From positions 32,079 to 96,078 of the IMG/VR virus record IMGVR_UViG_3300032242_001655: a stretch of 64,000 nt of DNA. One strand, 5' to 3'. This DNA comes from a virus. Every line of letters begins with the position of its first letter. Position 1 is the stretch's first letter. The notes beneath the pieces were generated by a model, which saw only the letters and a list, made by a program, of their open reading frames with translations, did no database searches and was not told where the DNA came from. Shown here piece by piece: positions 18,476 to 28,055 of the stretch. A program made the translations under genes and the position numbers.

Positions 18476-18760
18476 ATGGCTTTAAAATTTGAACCCGGTG
18501 AGTCTTACGATAGTTGGGCAGGCCGGGTTGAAAAGTTTGAATTAGAACAAGCCCGCAAACGCATTGCCAAAGGTGATGATCCCAAATTGGTCTTAGAAGC
18601 CATGTCTAAATCAATGACACAAAAATTGATGCACCCTATATTACGAATAATTCGAGATAGTGCCGGTGGAGGATTTGATCCTGAAGCAAACAGAAAATCC
18701 TATAACGAATCCATGAAGGGTAGAGGTGTTGTAGCAGATCATGTAGAAAGGGATACATGA
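18476..18760 (+). CDS. stand-alone glutamyl-tRNA reductase (HemA) dimerisation-like domain
   Basis: ELEQARKRIAKGDDPKLVLEAMSKSMTQKLMHP resembles the HemA C-terminal domain. Confidence 0.6.
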   Translation: MALKFEPGESYDSWAGRVEKFELEQARKRIAKGDDPKLVLEAMSKSMTQKLMHPILRIIRDSAGGGFDPEANRKSYNESMKGRGVVADHVERDT

Positions 18761-19005
18761 AATTAGATCGTAGATATACGGGTTATAGTGATTTCAAATA
18801 TGCTGTGACCTTTAGATACAAAGAAGGTCAAATATTCTGCGAGCGTAGAGAATGGATGTGGGATCAATTTGGCCCAAGTTGTGAGTACGAACATTGGCGA
18901 GACGGCAAGCAGGCCTGTTGGTGTTGGATAAACGACAACTATAGAACTCGTATATTATTTGAAAGCGAAAAAGAATATAATTGGTACAGGTTAAAATGGG
19001 GTTGA
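18757..19005 (+). CDS. hypothetical phage protein
   Basis: ORF with ATGA overlap. Confidence 0.65.
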   Translation: MKLDRRYTGYSDFKYAVTFRYKEGQIFCERREWMWDQFGPSCEYEHWRDGKQACWCWINDNYRTRILFESEKEYNWYRLKWG

Positions 19006-19036
19006 CTTTTTACCAGTTTCATAGTATAATATATGT

Positions 19037-19858
19037 ATGAAAATCCACTATGTTTCCGACCTGCATCTTGAATGCGAATACCAAGAACTTCCCGGCGGAG
19101 AAGTACTGATCCTTGCTGGCGATATTGCCGAAGTTGTAGGAATCAGTAAACAGCATCACAGCACCAAACTCGTTCAGGACACTCCTGATCACGTCTACCG
19201 TTTGAGTGAATTCTTCAAATGGGAATGTGCCAAATACGATAAGGTATTTTATGTGTTAGGAAATCATGAACACTATCACGGACGTTTGGATAAGTCTTAT
19301 CACATTCTAAAATCAATCATGCCTAACAATGTCAGTATGTTAGAGAACGAAGTTGTCGAATACAAGGGTGTTATGTTCATGGGTGCCACCATGTGGACCG
19401 ATATGAACAAGAATGATCCTATTACTCTTTATGCTGTTAAAAATGGTATGAACGATTACAGGGCTATTACTAATCTCTACGAGAACAAAAACGTTTACTA
19501 TAAACTAACTCCAGAACATACTGTTGGCATTTTTAGGAAAACTGTAGAATGTTTTAAACAGATATTAGAAAGTGATGAAAACAAAACTAAACCATTTGTT
19601 GTAATCACACATCACAGTCCAAGTTATCAAAGTATCAACAAAAAGTATAAATCTGAGTATCACATGAATGGTGCTTACTGTAGTGATCTAAGTGATTTTA
19701 TATTAGATCATCCTCAGATCAAATACTGGATACACGGACATCTACATGATCCTGTAGACTACATGATTGGTGATACTCGTATCATTAGCAACCCGCGTGG
19801 ATATATAGGATTTGAAGATACTGATCAATTTGATCCTAACAAGAGTTTTGAAATTTGA
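19037..19858 (+). CDS. calcineurin-like metallophosphoesterase
   Basis: SDLH, LAGD, GNHE, THH and HGHLH. Confidence 0.88.
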   Translation: MKIHYVSDLHLECEYQELPGGEVLILAGDIAEVVGISKQHHSTKLVQDTPDHVYRLSEFFKWECAKYDKVFYVLGNHEHYHGRLDKSYHILKSIMPNNVSMLENEVVEYKGVMFMGATMWTDMNKNDPITLYAVKNGMNDYRAITNLYENKNVYYKLTPEHTVGIFRKTVECFKQILESDENKTKPFVVITHHSPSYQSINKKYKSEYHMNGAYCSDLSDFILDHPQIKYWIHGHLHDPVDYMIGDTRIISNPRGYIGFEDTDQFDPNKSFEI

Positions 19859-20067
19859 TTAAAGTTAGAATCAAATGGAGTAGAGACTTATCTACAGAAG
19901 AAGCGTGGGATAAAGTCTGTATATGGGCCCTCGAGCATTTTGGACTGCCCGGGGGCCGATATTCTACAGAACTTAATATTGACTATATGGATTTTATCTT
20001 TGAAAGCAAACATGATGCGCTCATGTTTGCCCTAGCCCAGAATGGGCAATTACTTGAACCAGCCTAA
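19855..20067 (+). CDS. hypothetical phage protein
   Basis: ORF; similar to 18757..19005. Confidence 0.6.
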   Translation: MIKVRIKWSRDLSTEEAWDKVCIWALEHFGLPGGRYSTELNIDYMDFIFESKHDALMFALAQNGQLLEPA

Positions 20068-20484
20068 CTTTTCGCCGGCTTCTTTGCGTCTTTCTGCTTC
20101 TTCTTTACTACCAGGTAGTCTATATGCCCAGAATAAAATTAGCATAAAGAAGATGCTCATCCACATGCAGGCTTTCCAATTACCTGTAGCAAACCATAGT
20201 ATAATCAAACTGGCATCCATACTAGCAAACATAGCCCACTTAGCCATTGTAGGAAATACACGACCGTTTTTCCAGTTAGCAATAAATGGTCCAAACAGTT
20301 TATGATTTATCATGTAGTTATGAAAACGCTCTGAACTACGAGCAAAGCAGTAGGTAGCAATTAGACTGGGTGTTGACCAAGGAATTCCTGGTACAATAAC
20401 ACCAATGTAGGCAATACCTAAAAACATTATACCTGCGGCAAACCACAATCCTTTTTTAATCTTTTTAATCAATTCCATTGACAC
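20050..20484 (-). CDS. ybaN: YbaN/DUF454 inner-membrane protein
   Basis: GIAYIGVIVPGIPWSTP...CFARSSERFHNY..NHKLFGPFIANW. Confidence 0.85.
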   Translation of the reverse strand: MSMELIKKIKKGLWFAAGIMFLGIAYIGVIVPGIPWSTPSLIATYCFARSSERFHNYMINHKLFGPFIANWKNGRVFPTMAKWAMFASMDASLIILWFATGNWKACMWMSIFFMLILFWAYRLPGSKEEAERRKEAGEKLGWFK

Positions 20485-20592
20485 TCTCCATTCTTTCGTG
20501 TATAAATATAGTTATACAGAAATGCCTATTAGGGTTCTGTATATTGGGCATGGTGCCCACAAAAACGTTCTTGCTTATTAAAGGAGAAAACT
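20478..20592 (+). promoter_or_regulatory. small HSP promoter and ROSE-like RNA thermometer 5' UTR
   Basis: TTGACA-N17-TATAAA(TA); two hairpins, then TTCTTGCTT pairing with the SD AAGGAGAA with a bulged G. Confidence 0.7.
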
Positions 20593-21030
20593 ATGAACGC
20601 AATTACTCGCCTTGACACAAACGCTCTAAGTCAATTAAACAGAGCACTCGTTGGATTTGATCGTATGTTTGACACATTCGAGCACAGATTTGCAAACCAA
20701 ATCCAAAACAACTACCCCCCACATAACGTACTCAAAGTAGATGAAAACAACTACGCAATTGAAATTGCGGTTGCTGGATTCCAGAAGAGTGAAGTCACTG
20801 TGAAGGTAGATCAAGACGAATTAGTAATTACAGGTCAACGCACCGAATCACCCGAAGTAGAGTATCTACATCGTGGATTGAGCAGTCGCGACTTTACCAA
20901 ATCATTTACTCTTGCTGAGTATATGGTTGTTAAAGGTGCTGTAATTAAAGATGGTATTTTGAGAATTGATCTCGAACGCCAACTTCCCGAGGCTTTACAA
21001 CCCCGTCTTATTGACATTGTAGAGGCTTGA
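20593..21030 (+). CDS. ibpA: small heat shock protein (Hsp20/IbpA family)
   Basis: VGFDRMF, NYPPHNV, IEIAVAGF, YLHRGLSSRDF and DGILRIDLER. Confidence 0.93.
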   Translation: MNAITRLDTNALSQLNRALVGFDRMFDTFEHRFANQIQNNYPPHNVLKVDENNYAIEIAVAGFQKSEVTVKVDQDELVITGQRTESPEVEYLHRGLSSRDFTKSFTLAEYMVVKGAVIKDGILRIDLERQLPEALQPRLIDIVEA

Positions 21031-21040
21031 TGCTATAATT

Positions 21041-21068
21041 AAAGCAGGGGGAATTAACTCCCTGCTTT
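21041..21068 (+). terminator. hairpin terminator
   Basis: AAAGCAGGGGG-aattaa-CTCCCTGCTTT. Confidence 0.6.
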
Positions 21069-21093
21069 ATAAATAATACACTCGGGGAACTTA

Positions 21094-21396
21094 ATGGAAC
21101 AAGTTGACGTCAAAGAAATAGAAGAAATAGATATTGAGATTTTGAATCCAGGAAAATATAAAGTTGTGGTTCAAAACGATGATGTCACACCGATGGAGTT
21201 TGTTATTGCCATGCTGATACAGGTATTCAATCACTCCGAAGAACGTGCTAAAGATATAACACTACAAATTCACAACGATGGAGCAGGAGTCGCAGGCATA
21301 TTCAGTTATGAAGTAGCCGAGCAAAAGGGCATTGAGGGTACACTATTAGCCCGCCAACATGGTTGGCCCTTAGCAATTAAAATCGAGGAAGAATGA
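21094..21396 (+). CDS. clpS: ATP-dependent Clp protease adaptor ClpS
   Basis: YKVVVQNDDVTPMEFVI...IHNDGAGVAGIFSYEVAEQK...PL. Confidence 0.93.
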   Translation: MEQVDVKEIEEIDIEILNPGKYKVVVQNDDVTPMEFVIAMLIQVFNHSEERAKDITLQIHNDGAGVAGIFSYEVAEQKGIEGTLLARQHGWPLAIKIEEE

Positions 21397-22625
21397 AATT
21401 TGCAATTACCGGAATAGGAATCCTTAACGGATTAGGCTCCACGCTGGAAGAAAATTGGAGCAATCTATTAGCAGGTAAGTCTGCTATACAGGATATTGAG
21501 TGGCCCGAAGATAATCCTGACGTTCTTCCTTCTACCTGTAAAGGTATACAGATTAAAACTGGATTCCCTAGTCCCACTCCAGAATTTACACGAGACGAGT
21601 ACGATAATGAACACCGTCATTGGTCACGTTCTACCAAAATGACTATATATACTGGCACCCAAGCCTATAAGGATAGTGGCCTTACTTCTAAAAACGTGGG
21701 AGTATTTTTTACAACTACTGTTGGGCAAATGGAAGCCAACAACAAAATTATGAAGGCTATTGACAAAGGCCGTGAAAAATACAGCCCTAAACAAATATTG
21801 AATGGTAGTAATGCGTACGGTAGTGAACAGGTACAGAAATATTTAAAACTAGAAGGTCCTAGTGGATCAATACACACTGCCTGTGCCACAGGAATCTACC
21901 TACTTGATTACGGAATAAAGACACTGATGACAGATCCGGATCTAGATGCTGTAATGATCGGATGCAGTGACAGTTGCTTTCAACCATTTGTCTTTTATTA
22001 TTTTCAAAATCTTAATGCGCTGAGTCGCCAACCTGCGGAAGAGGCATGTAAACCATTTGATGTTAATAGATCCGGATTTGTGTTAGGTGAAGGATCTTGT
22101 GCTTACATTATAGAACCTCTAGAAAAAGCAGTTGCCCGAGGTGCATATATCTACGGACTAGTATTAGGTACAGGTATTTCTGGCTCAGGAGTATTTGACA
22201 CAGAACCCGATCCCACTGGTCATACACAAAGATTAGCAGTGAATAAGGCACTCCGTAATGCCCGTGTAGATCCAGAAGATATCGATTATATTAATGCTCA
22301 TGCTACAGGCACACCAGTTGGTGATGAGTTAGAATACAATCTCATGAATGAAATGTTCCATGGTAAAGTCATGGTAAGTAATAAAGGACAAATAGGACAT
22401 ACATTAGGAGTTTGTTCTGTGATAGAGTTAATCTATACTATAATGGCTCTTAAAGAGCAACGCACACCGCCTAATGTAAATTTAACAACACCAGTAGGTG
22501 CCGGAATGCAGTTGCCCACGACTGAAACCAAGATATACGCAAAGTATGCTCTAAAGAATAGTTTTGCGTTTGGAGGACGTTCAGCCTGTGCTGTATTAGC
22601 AAAATATGATGGAGAAACAAAATGA
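21393..22625 (+). CDS. fabF: beta-ketoacyl-ACP synthase II family protein
   Basis: TACATG, PFD..RSGFVLGEG, NAHATGT, KGQIGHTLG and NSFAFGG. Confidence 0.9.
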   Translation: MKFAITGIGILNGLGSTLEENWSNLLAGKSAIQDIEWPEDNPDVLPSTCKGIQIKTGFPSPTPEFTRDEYDNEHRHWSRSTKMTIYTGTQAYKDSGLTSKNVGVFFTTTVGQMEANNKIMKAIDKGREKYSPKQILNGSNAYGSEQVQKYLKLEGPSGSIHTACATGIYLLDYGIKTLMTDPDLDAVMIGCSDSCFQPFVFYYFQNLNALSRQPAEEACKPFDVNRSGFVLGEGSCAYIIEPLEKAVARGAYIYGLVLGTGISGSGVFDTEPDPTGHTQRLAVNKALRNARVDPEDIDYINAHATGTPVGDELEYNLMNEMFHGKVMVSNKGQIGHTLGVCSVIELIYTIMALKEQRTPPNVNLTTPVGAGMQLPTTETKIYAKYALKNSFAFGGRSACAVLAKYDGETK

Positions 22626-23158
22626 GTTTAAAAGAGTTAACCTGGGATAATCACCAACGAGCAGAAGCCACAGCATTTATGAAGGCTGTGTTTGATAAGT
22701 CTATGCTACAATCAGCATGGGCAGACTTTACATATCAAAAGTCAGTTATTTACGGATCAATTGAAAATGTTGCCCGTGATGCTAAACTTACATTAGACAT
22801 TCTTGAAATTGAACGTGCTCTAAAATTATACTTAGATGCTCAAGATATGTGTGGAGGTGAGTTTCCACGTATTCGTAAAGAAACTGTTGAGTATAGCAGA
22901 TACATCATGAACTTGGTAGGACAACCAGAGCGCATTATGGCACATCTTTATACTTGGCACATGGGTGACCTGTTTGGTGGGCAGATGATCAAGAAGATGA
23001 TGCCCGGACCTCATCGTAACTTAGAGTTTGATGATGTAGATAATCTCAAAGCCAAAGTACGTGCTAAGTTAAAAGATAGTATGGGAGACGAAGCAAATGT
23101 GGCTTTTGAATGGGCAATCAAACTAATGGAGACTTATAATAATGAGCTCAGTGTTTGA
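22622..23158 (+). CDS. hemO: heme oxygenase
   Basis: LKELTWDNHQRAE, AHLYTWHMGDLFGGQMIKK and EANVAF. Confidence 0.92.
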   Translation: MSLKELTWDNHQRAEATAFMKAVFDKSMLQSAWADFTYQKSVIYGSIENVARDAKLTLDILEIERALKLYLDAQDMCGGEFPRIRKETVEYSRYIMNLVGQPERIMAHLYTWHMGDLFGGQMIKKMMPGPHRNLEFDDVDNLKAKVRAKLKDSMGDEANVAFEWAIKLMETYNNELSV

Positions 23159-23810
23159 AAAAAGCATTGCCTGTGCTAAAGAGTTTGAAAGACGTTTTAG
23201 AGAAACAGGAACATTAGAAGTTTCAAATATAGACGAAAGTGTAGGTTTATATGACCTTTCATTTTCATCTATGCGTTATCGGAGGGCACATCTTAGCATA
23301 GTTGATGCTCGAGAAACTAAAAATGTATGGATGCTACATGTAACAGTATTCCCTCACACAAATGACAGTGCTCCTATCTACGGGTTTGATATTGTAGCAG
23401 GTCCTAATAAAGTTAGCGGTGCGTTTCACGATTTCAGTAAAGCAGGTGATGCTGACCATTATATGATGAAGTGGTTTGCTAATTGGACTGACGAGTTAGA
23501 CTGGAATAAACGTAGAGAATTACCTGAGTGGGCAAAAAACATCTTTAGTGATAGCATAGTTGCTATAGGTGCAGTTGATGCAGAAGAACTGGGTTATTTT
23601 ACAGATTTAGGATTGTCTACACTTAATTACTATTTAGATAGGGTAGGAAACACTCAAGAAAGCGGATTTGATTATCATATGGCACAGAATCGCTACTGTT
23701 ATTATCAAAAGCAAAACCCACATACTCCCAAGGTATTGGTTAATTTAGGGTTCACAGAATCAAAGGCCAAAGAATTTATTGCTAACAATTTGTTTCCAGA
23801 ATTAGCATAA
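23142..23810 (+). CDS. ferredoxin-dependent bilin reductase (PcyA/PcyX family)
   Basis: RRAHL, MLHVTVFP...PIYGFD, AFHDFS, RELPEWAKNIFS and QNRYC..QKQNPHT; follows hemO. Confidence 0.88.
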   Translation: MSSVFEKSIACAKEFERRFRETGTLEVSNIDESVGLYDLSFSSMRYRRAHLSIVDARETKNVWMLHVTVFPHTNDSAPIYGFDIVAGPNKVSGAFHDFSKAGDADHYMMKWFANWTDELDWNKRRELPEWAKNIFSDSIVAIGAVDAEELGYFTDLGLSTLNYYLDRVGNTQESGFDYHMAQNRYCYYQKQNPHTPKVLVNLGFTESKAKEFIANNLFPELA

Positions 23811-23818
23811 ATATCGCT

Positions 23819-24871
23819 ATGAGAGCAAAAGAATTTTTGTTAGAAAAAAAGTTATCTCCTGCAGATATATTAAAATATCCAAATTCTCCCAAGGATCGTT
23901 TACCTACCTTCCTTGAAAAAATCATAATGAAATCACCATTTACTCTATCAACTGGTGAAAAAGTTGTTATCGATCCCAATGAATTTGAACGTGTGGCATC
24001 CTGGTTTGACGGTCCAAGAACCACAAATCTCAAAATGAATACTGTTGATGGTCGATCAATTTCTTTTTCAGCATTAGAAAAGACCAAGGAGTTTGGTGGA
24101 GAACAAGCCGGCAAACGCGAAACTGTTGAACAAGGACAAATTGAAGGTATTGCTCAAGAATTAGAAGATGCCAAAGCCGGACGTCCATCAGTTCCGCTTG
24201 CGGTAGGCAATACCACAGTGAATGCCGCTACAGTTAGAAAAACTCCCGAACTGATTAATGGCCGTCAACCCAAAAGCGACATGACTGTGTATGACGAGAA
24301 TGATAATCCTGTAGCATGGGTAAGTCTCAAAGATGTAAAATTTAGATGGGGCGGGTGGAATCATATGATGCATCGTCCTGAAATAGCCGCATGGCTTGCT
24401 CGTATCAAAGCAATCGACGGCGGTGTTTTACAAAGCAAAGAATCATATGGATTACATGCCAGTGATGATATAAAGAATCTAATTGTATTTGGAAAAGATT
24501 TTGATTCTGGAAAATTTGGTATCAGCAATGTAAATGCTGTATTGATAGGGTGGACGCATATCAAGAAATCTGGAAAGAAATATATGTTGGCCGCAGACCA
24601 CATTTATCCAAATGGTGTAACACCTACTGGCGCACACGAACCTTACTTAGTTGTACGATACATGCTAGGTCGTTCAGATGTTGGACTCAAAAATGCTCGT
24701 GCTGAAACAAACACCAAAAGCGAGACTAGAAATGTCAAATGGCTTGACACTGATAAAGAAGTAAAATCTGTTGCCGAACCTAAAGTTAACCCAATAAAAC
24801 AGTCGGGACTCACACCCACGCCTGCTCAACAACAATTAGGCAAGCCGATGGGTGCCCCACCCGGACAATGA
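23819..24871 (+). CDS. hypothetical protein (possible virion-associated or nuclease-like)
   Basis: Long ORF, MRAKEFLLE start, PKSD...WVSLK. Confidence 0.6.
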   Translation: MRAKEFLLEKKLSPADILKYPNSPKDRLPTFLEKIIMKSPFTLSTGEKVVIDPNEFERVASWFDGPRTTNLKMNTVDGRSISFSALEKTKEFGGEQAGKRETVEQGQIEGIAQELEDAKAGRPSVPLAVGNTTVNAATVRKTPELINGRQPKSDMTVYDENDNPVAWVSLKDVKFRWGGWNHMMHRPEIAAWLARIKAIDGGVLQSKESYGLHASDDIKNLIVFGKDFDSGKFGISNVNAVLIGWTHIKKSGKKYMLAADHIYPNGVTPTGAHEPYLVVRYMLGRSDVGLKNARAETNTKSETRNVKWLDTDKEVKSVAEPKVNPIKQSGLTPTPAQQQLGKPMGAPPGQ

Positions 24872-24872
24872 C

Positions 24873-25016
24873 ATGACTCCTGACCAAATGTGGAATTCTC
24901 TTGGATTCCAAGCCTGGCTAAAAAATCCCTGTATAGGTGATTGGTTAGACTATCAAGTTTGGTTAATGCTTAAGATTTATTTCTTACCCTATGAGATTAT
25001 GGGTAGTCAAGCGTAA
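24873..25016 (+). CDS. small hypothetical protein (47 aa)
   Basis: Read by eye; fills the gap. Confidence 0.35.
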   Translation: MTPDQMWNSLGFQAWLKNPCIGDWLDYQVWLMLKIYFLPYEIMGSQA

Positions 25017-25261
25017 GACTCTGGATAGTCGTATGAGGAGGGATTATCATACGACTCGTCTGGATTGTCGTAGACAACAGGTTCAGGAGCAGGTGGCGGA
25101 GCATAACTATGGTGAACTAACTCACCACTTTCATGATATACTTTTGAATCTCCTAATTTTGCTGAAAAACTAATAGCATCTTCAATATCTTGAAATTCTA
25201 GTTCTTCAACGTGTAAAAGTCCTTTGATCCATTTGAAAGATTTGACTTTGTGCTTACCCAT
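25007..25261 (-). CDS. small protein with a Pro linker and Tyr-repeat tail
   Basis: GAGGA RBS; ends YDNPDES-YDNPSS-YDYPES-YA. Confidence 0.65.
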   Translation of the reverse strand: MGKHKVKSFKWIKGLLHVEELEFQDIEDAISFSAKLGDSKVYHESGELVHHSYAPPPAPEPVVYDNPDESYDNPSSYDYPESYA

Positions 25262-25263
25262 TG

Positions 25264-26388
25264 TTATTCCTCAGTGAAATATTTAGTCCAAATCTTAGCG
25301 GTTTTATTTGTATATTTTTTTAACGAACCTTGATGTAGTTTGACATTCATCCAAGACCAATTGTAGGCTGTCTTAAGTTTATTAGCAATTGTATCACTGT
25401 CAACAGGTACAGCAGAATAAGCAGGTATAGCCCATGGTATTTCTTTTTCAGTCCCCACCAATGGTACACCCTGACTGATTAGATCAGCACCTACAATATT
25501 AAATGTCTCACTAAAACTGACCTGAAGTCCTATGTCCATTGTGGCACAGAGTTCTAGAAATTCTTCTCTGGGTCGCCATTGATGGTTAACAAGTTCGTGC
25601 CCAGTGCTATGTAATTGTTGGAATAGGCCTTTAAGATTGTTAATCACTGGACTACCATTCATTTCAATACGTCCTGCATTTACGTGAAAGCGTAATTTTT
25701 TTCCTATACTGTCAGCAAATTCTATTGCGGCAAACGCTTGTAGCAAATGATTCTTTAACGGACGGATAGCACCGAAGCAGGCAATATCAATAGTATCTTT
25801 CTTTTTATCTATCTTTTTAGGTGATTTATAATCTTGTGGATAGTAGTTAGGCAAATAGATTACTTTTTTAGCAGTTGTGTCTGTATCCCACTTGTTGCGT
25901 ATCTTAAAATACATACTGATCTCGTCAAACATTCTTGGAGCATTTATGCCCAAAACAATGTTTTTAAAATCGCTGTAGTCTCCGATCCAGTCCATAGCAT
26001 TACCTTCTCCTGCCATAAATGGCATTTCTGAGTGTATGCGAATGATCCACGTAATATTAGGATGCAGTTTCTGTAAGATATAAAATTTATCTGGAACTAC
26101 CCAAAGAGCTTCTATAATAACGTGTGTAGGACAATGTGTTGTAACGAGCCTATCAATACAGTTATTGTCAATAGCAATTTCTAGATTGCTTTCAATACCT
26201 GCTTCAACAAGCATGTCGTTCATAAATTTAGCACTATTATATAGGCCGGTACTCAATCCAATATGAGAGTGAACTGCGGCGCTGTAGTCTTCGCGACGTT
26301 TGAGGATGAATAAAACTTTTTTCATAGGTGGTGGGGGAGTTGGTATGTCAATATTTAACAGCAACGAGATTACAGGACTATTAATCAC
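25264..26388 (-). CDS. GT-B (GT4-like) glycosyltransferase
   Basis: FGAIRPLKNHL and SETFNIVGAD...GVP. Confidence 0.8.
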   Translation of the reverse strand: MINSPVISLLLNIDIPTPPPPMKKVLFILKRREDYSAAVHSHIGLSTGLYNSAKFMNDMLVEAGIESNLEIAIDNNCIDRLVTTHCPTHVIIEALWVVPDKFYILQKLHPNITWIIRIHSEMPFMAGEGNAMDWIGDYSDFKNIVLGINAPRMFDEISMYFKIRNKWDTDTTAKKVIYLPNYYPQDYKSPKKIDKKKDTIDIACFGAIRPLKNHLLQAFAAIEFADSIGKKLRFHVNAGRIEMNGSPVINNLKGLFQQLHSTGHELVNHQWRPREEFLELCATMDIGLQVSFSETFNIVGADLISQGVPLVGTEKEIPWAIPAYSAVPVDSDTIANKLKTAYNWSWMNVKLHQGSLKKYTNKTAKIWTKYFTEE

Positions 26389-27091
26389 GACGAATTATTT
26401 TTGCCAATCTTAAAAATTCAAATAATTTTAACCACATCCAACCAATATCAATTTCAAACCATTTACGACTAAGTTTAGGACTAGCAGGAGATAGGTGATG
26501 ATTATTGTGCAGTTCTTCCCCGCCAATAATGATACCCCAGGGACTTATATTACGACTTTGATCTTTTGTTTCACCGTTGCGATACCCCCACCAGTGTCCT
26601 ATGCCATTGATTACACCGGCCGCCCAAAATGGAATCCATATCATCTGTATAGCCCAGACCGCAATACCGATTGGACCAAATAACAATAAATCTATAATTA
26701 ACATTAAACTCACACCTAAAAAATTGTATTTGGAATAGATATTTCTTTCTACCCAATCGTTAGGAGTTCCTACCCCGTATTGATTAATCATTTCTGTATC
26801 TTTAGAGGCTCTACTATAAAGTAAAGCACCCTGTGTTAAAAGAGTCCAGATTCCAAATACATGAGGGCTATGTGGGTCTCCTTCTTGATCGCTGAACCTA
26901 TGATGTTTGCGATGTATGGCTACCCATTGTTGTGTAACCATACCAGTTGTTAGCCATAACCAAAAACGCATAAAGTGTTGAAGTACAGGATTAAATGTGA
27001 TACCTCGATGTGCCTGTCCTCTATGCAAAAATAAAGTCACACATACTATGGTAATATGCGTGACTATTAGTGTGTACAAAATGATATTCAT
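26381..27091 (-). CDS. membrane fatty acid desaturase (delta-9, DesA-like)
   Basis: His boxes HRGQAH, HRKHH and HNNHH. Confidence 0.92.
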   Translation of the reverse strand: MNIILYTLIVTHITIVCVTLFLHRGQAHRGITFNPVLQHFMRFWLWLTTGMVTQQWVAIHRKHHRFSDQEGDPHSPHVFGIWTLLTQGALLYSRASKDTEMINQYGVGTPNDWVERNIYSKYNFLGVSLMLIIDLLLFGPIGIAVWAIQMIWIPFWAAGVINGIGHWWGYRNGETKDQSRNISPWGIIIGGEELHNNHHLSPASPKLSRKWFEIDIGWMWLKLFEFLRLAKIIRRD

Positions 27092-27107
27092 CTTGTACTT
27101 ATCTAAA

Positions 27108-28055
27108 TTACCAAATGAAGTTTTTGGTATAGTACTTAACGATTGATTTTAGTTCTTGATCAAACTTTGCTTCAGCAGTCCAGCCTAAATCTTGTAATTT
27201 TGTATCATCTATAGCATAACGAACATCTTGTCCTGCCCGTGTTACACCAAGGTCAAAGTATTGATTTGGGTCACCCTTGAAGCCCATTAATTTTACAATC
27301 TTAGTAGCAACCACAATATTTGCTTCTTCATAATTGCCTGAGATGTTATAAATCTCATTTACAATACCCATATCAATAATACGAATGACTGCGGCGGCTG
27401 TGTCGCTGGCATGTAGCCATGTACGTCTTGGTGTGCCTGCATTGTGTAAAGGAGCAGGTTTACCTAAACTCAGATACTTAATTGTGTGTGGAATAAACTT
27501 TTCTGTGTACTGCCCAATACCATAGTTATTGGTAGGACGAACAATAACATACGGAATGTTATAGGTTCTGGCAAATGCTGTGACCAACATATCAGCCGCG
27601 GCCTTTGTAGCAGAGTAAGGATTACTGGGTTTTAGGAGATCTTGTTCTGTATGAAATCCTTCTACAATATCACCGTAAACTTCATCAGTGGAGAAATGTA
27701 AGAGTGTGGGCATTTTAAACTTATAGTTGTCTTTAATCAACTTTAGCAAATGATGAACACCATCTATATTACTTTTTACAAACACATCGCTTGATGCTAT
27801 AGAATTGTCTACATGAGTTTCTGCGGCTGTATTAATAATGTAATCACATTCGTAGAGAATGTCTAAGTCATTAATGTCTTTTTTCTCAAAAACAAATTTA
27901 TCATATTGTAATAATTCTGGCAAAAGATTTTCATTTGCGGCATAGGTACATTTATCAATACCACGCACATACCAGCCCTGTTCTAAACAGGCTTTGGTTA
28001 CGTGATATCCGATAAATCCTAAACAACCTGTAACATAAACAACTTTTGTACTCAT
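27108..28055 (-). CDS. rfbB: dTDP-glucose 4,6-dehydratase
   Basis: TGCLGFIG, AAETHVDNSI, STDEVYG and NPYSATKAA. Confidence 0.92.
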   Translation of the reverse strand: MSTKVVYVTGCLGFIGYHVTKACLEQGWYVRGIDKCTYAANENLLPELLQYDKFVFEKKDINDLDILYECDYIINTAAETHVDNSIASSDVFVKSNIDGVHHLLKLIKDNYKFKMPTLLHFSTDEVYGDIVEGFHTEQDLLKPSNPYSATKAAADMLVTAFARTYNIPYVIVRPTNNYGIGQYTEKFIPHTIKYLSLGKPAPLHNAGTPRRTWLHASDTAAAVIRIIDMGIVNEIYNISGNYEEANIVVATKIVKLMGFKGDPNQYFDLGVTRAGQDVRYAIDDTKLQDLGWTAEAKFDQELKSIVKYYTKNFIW

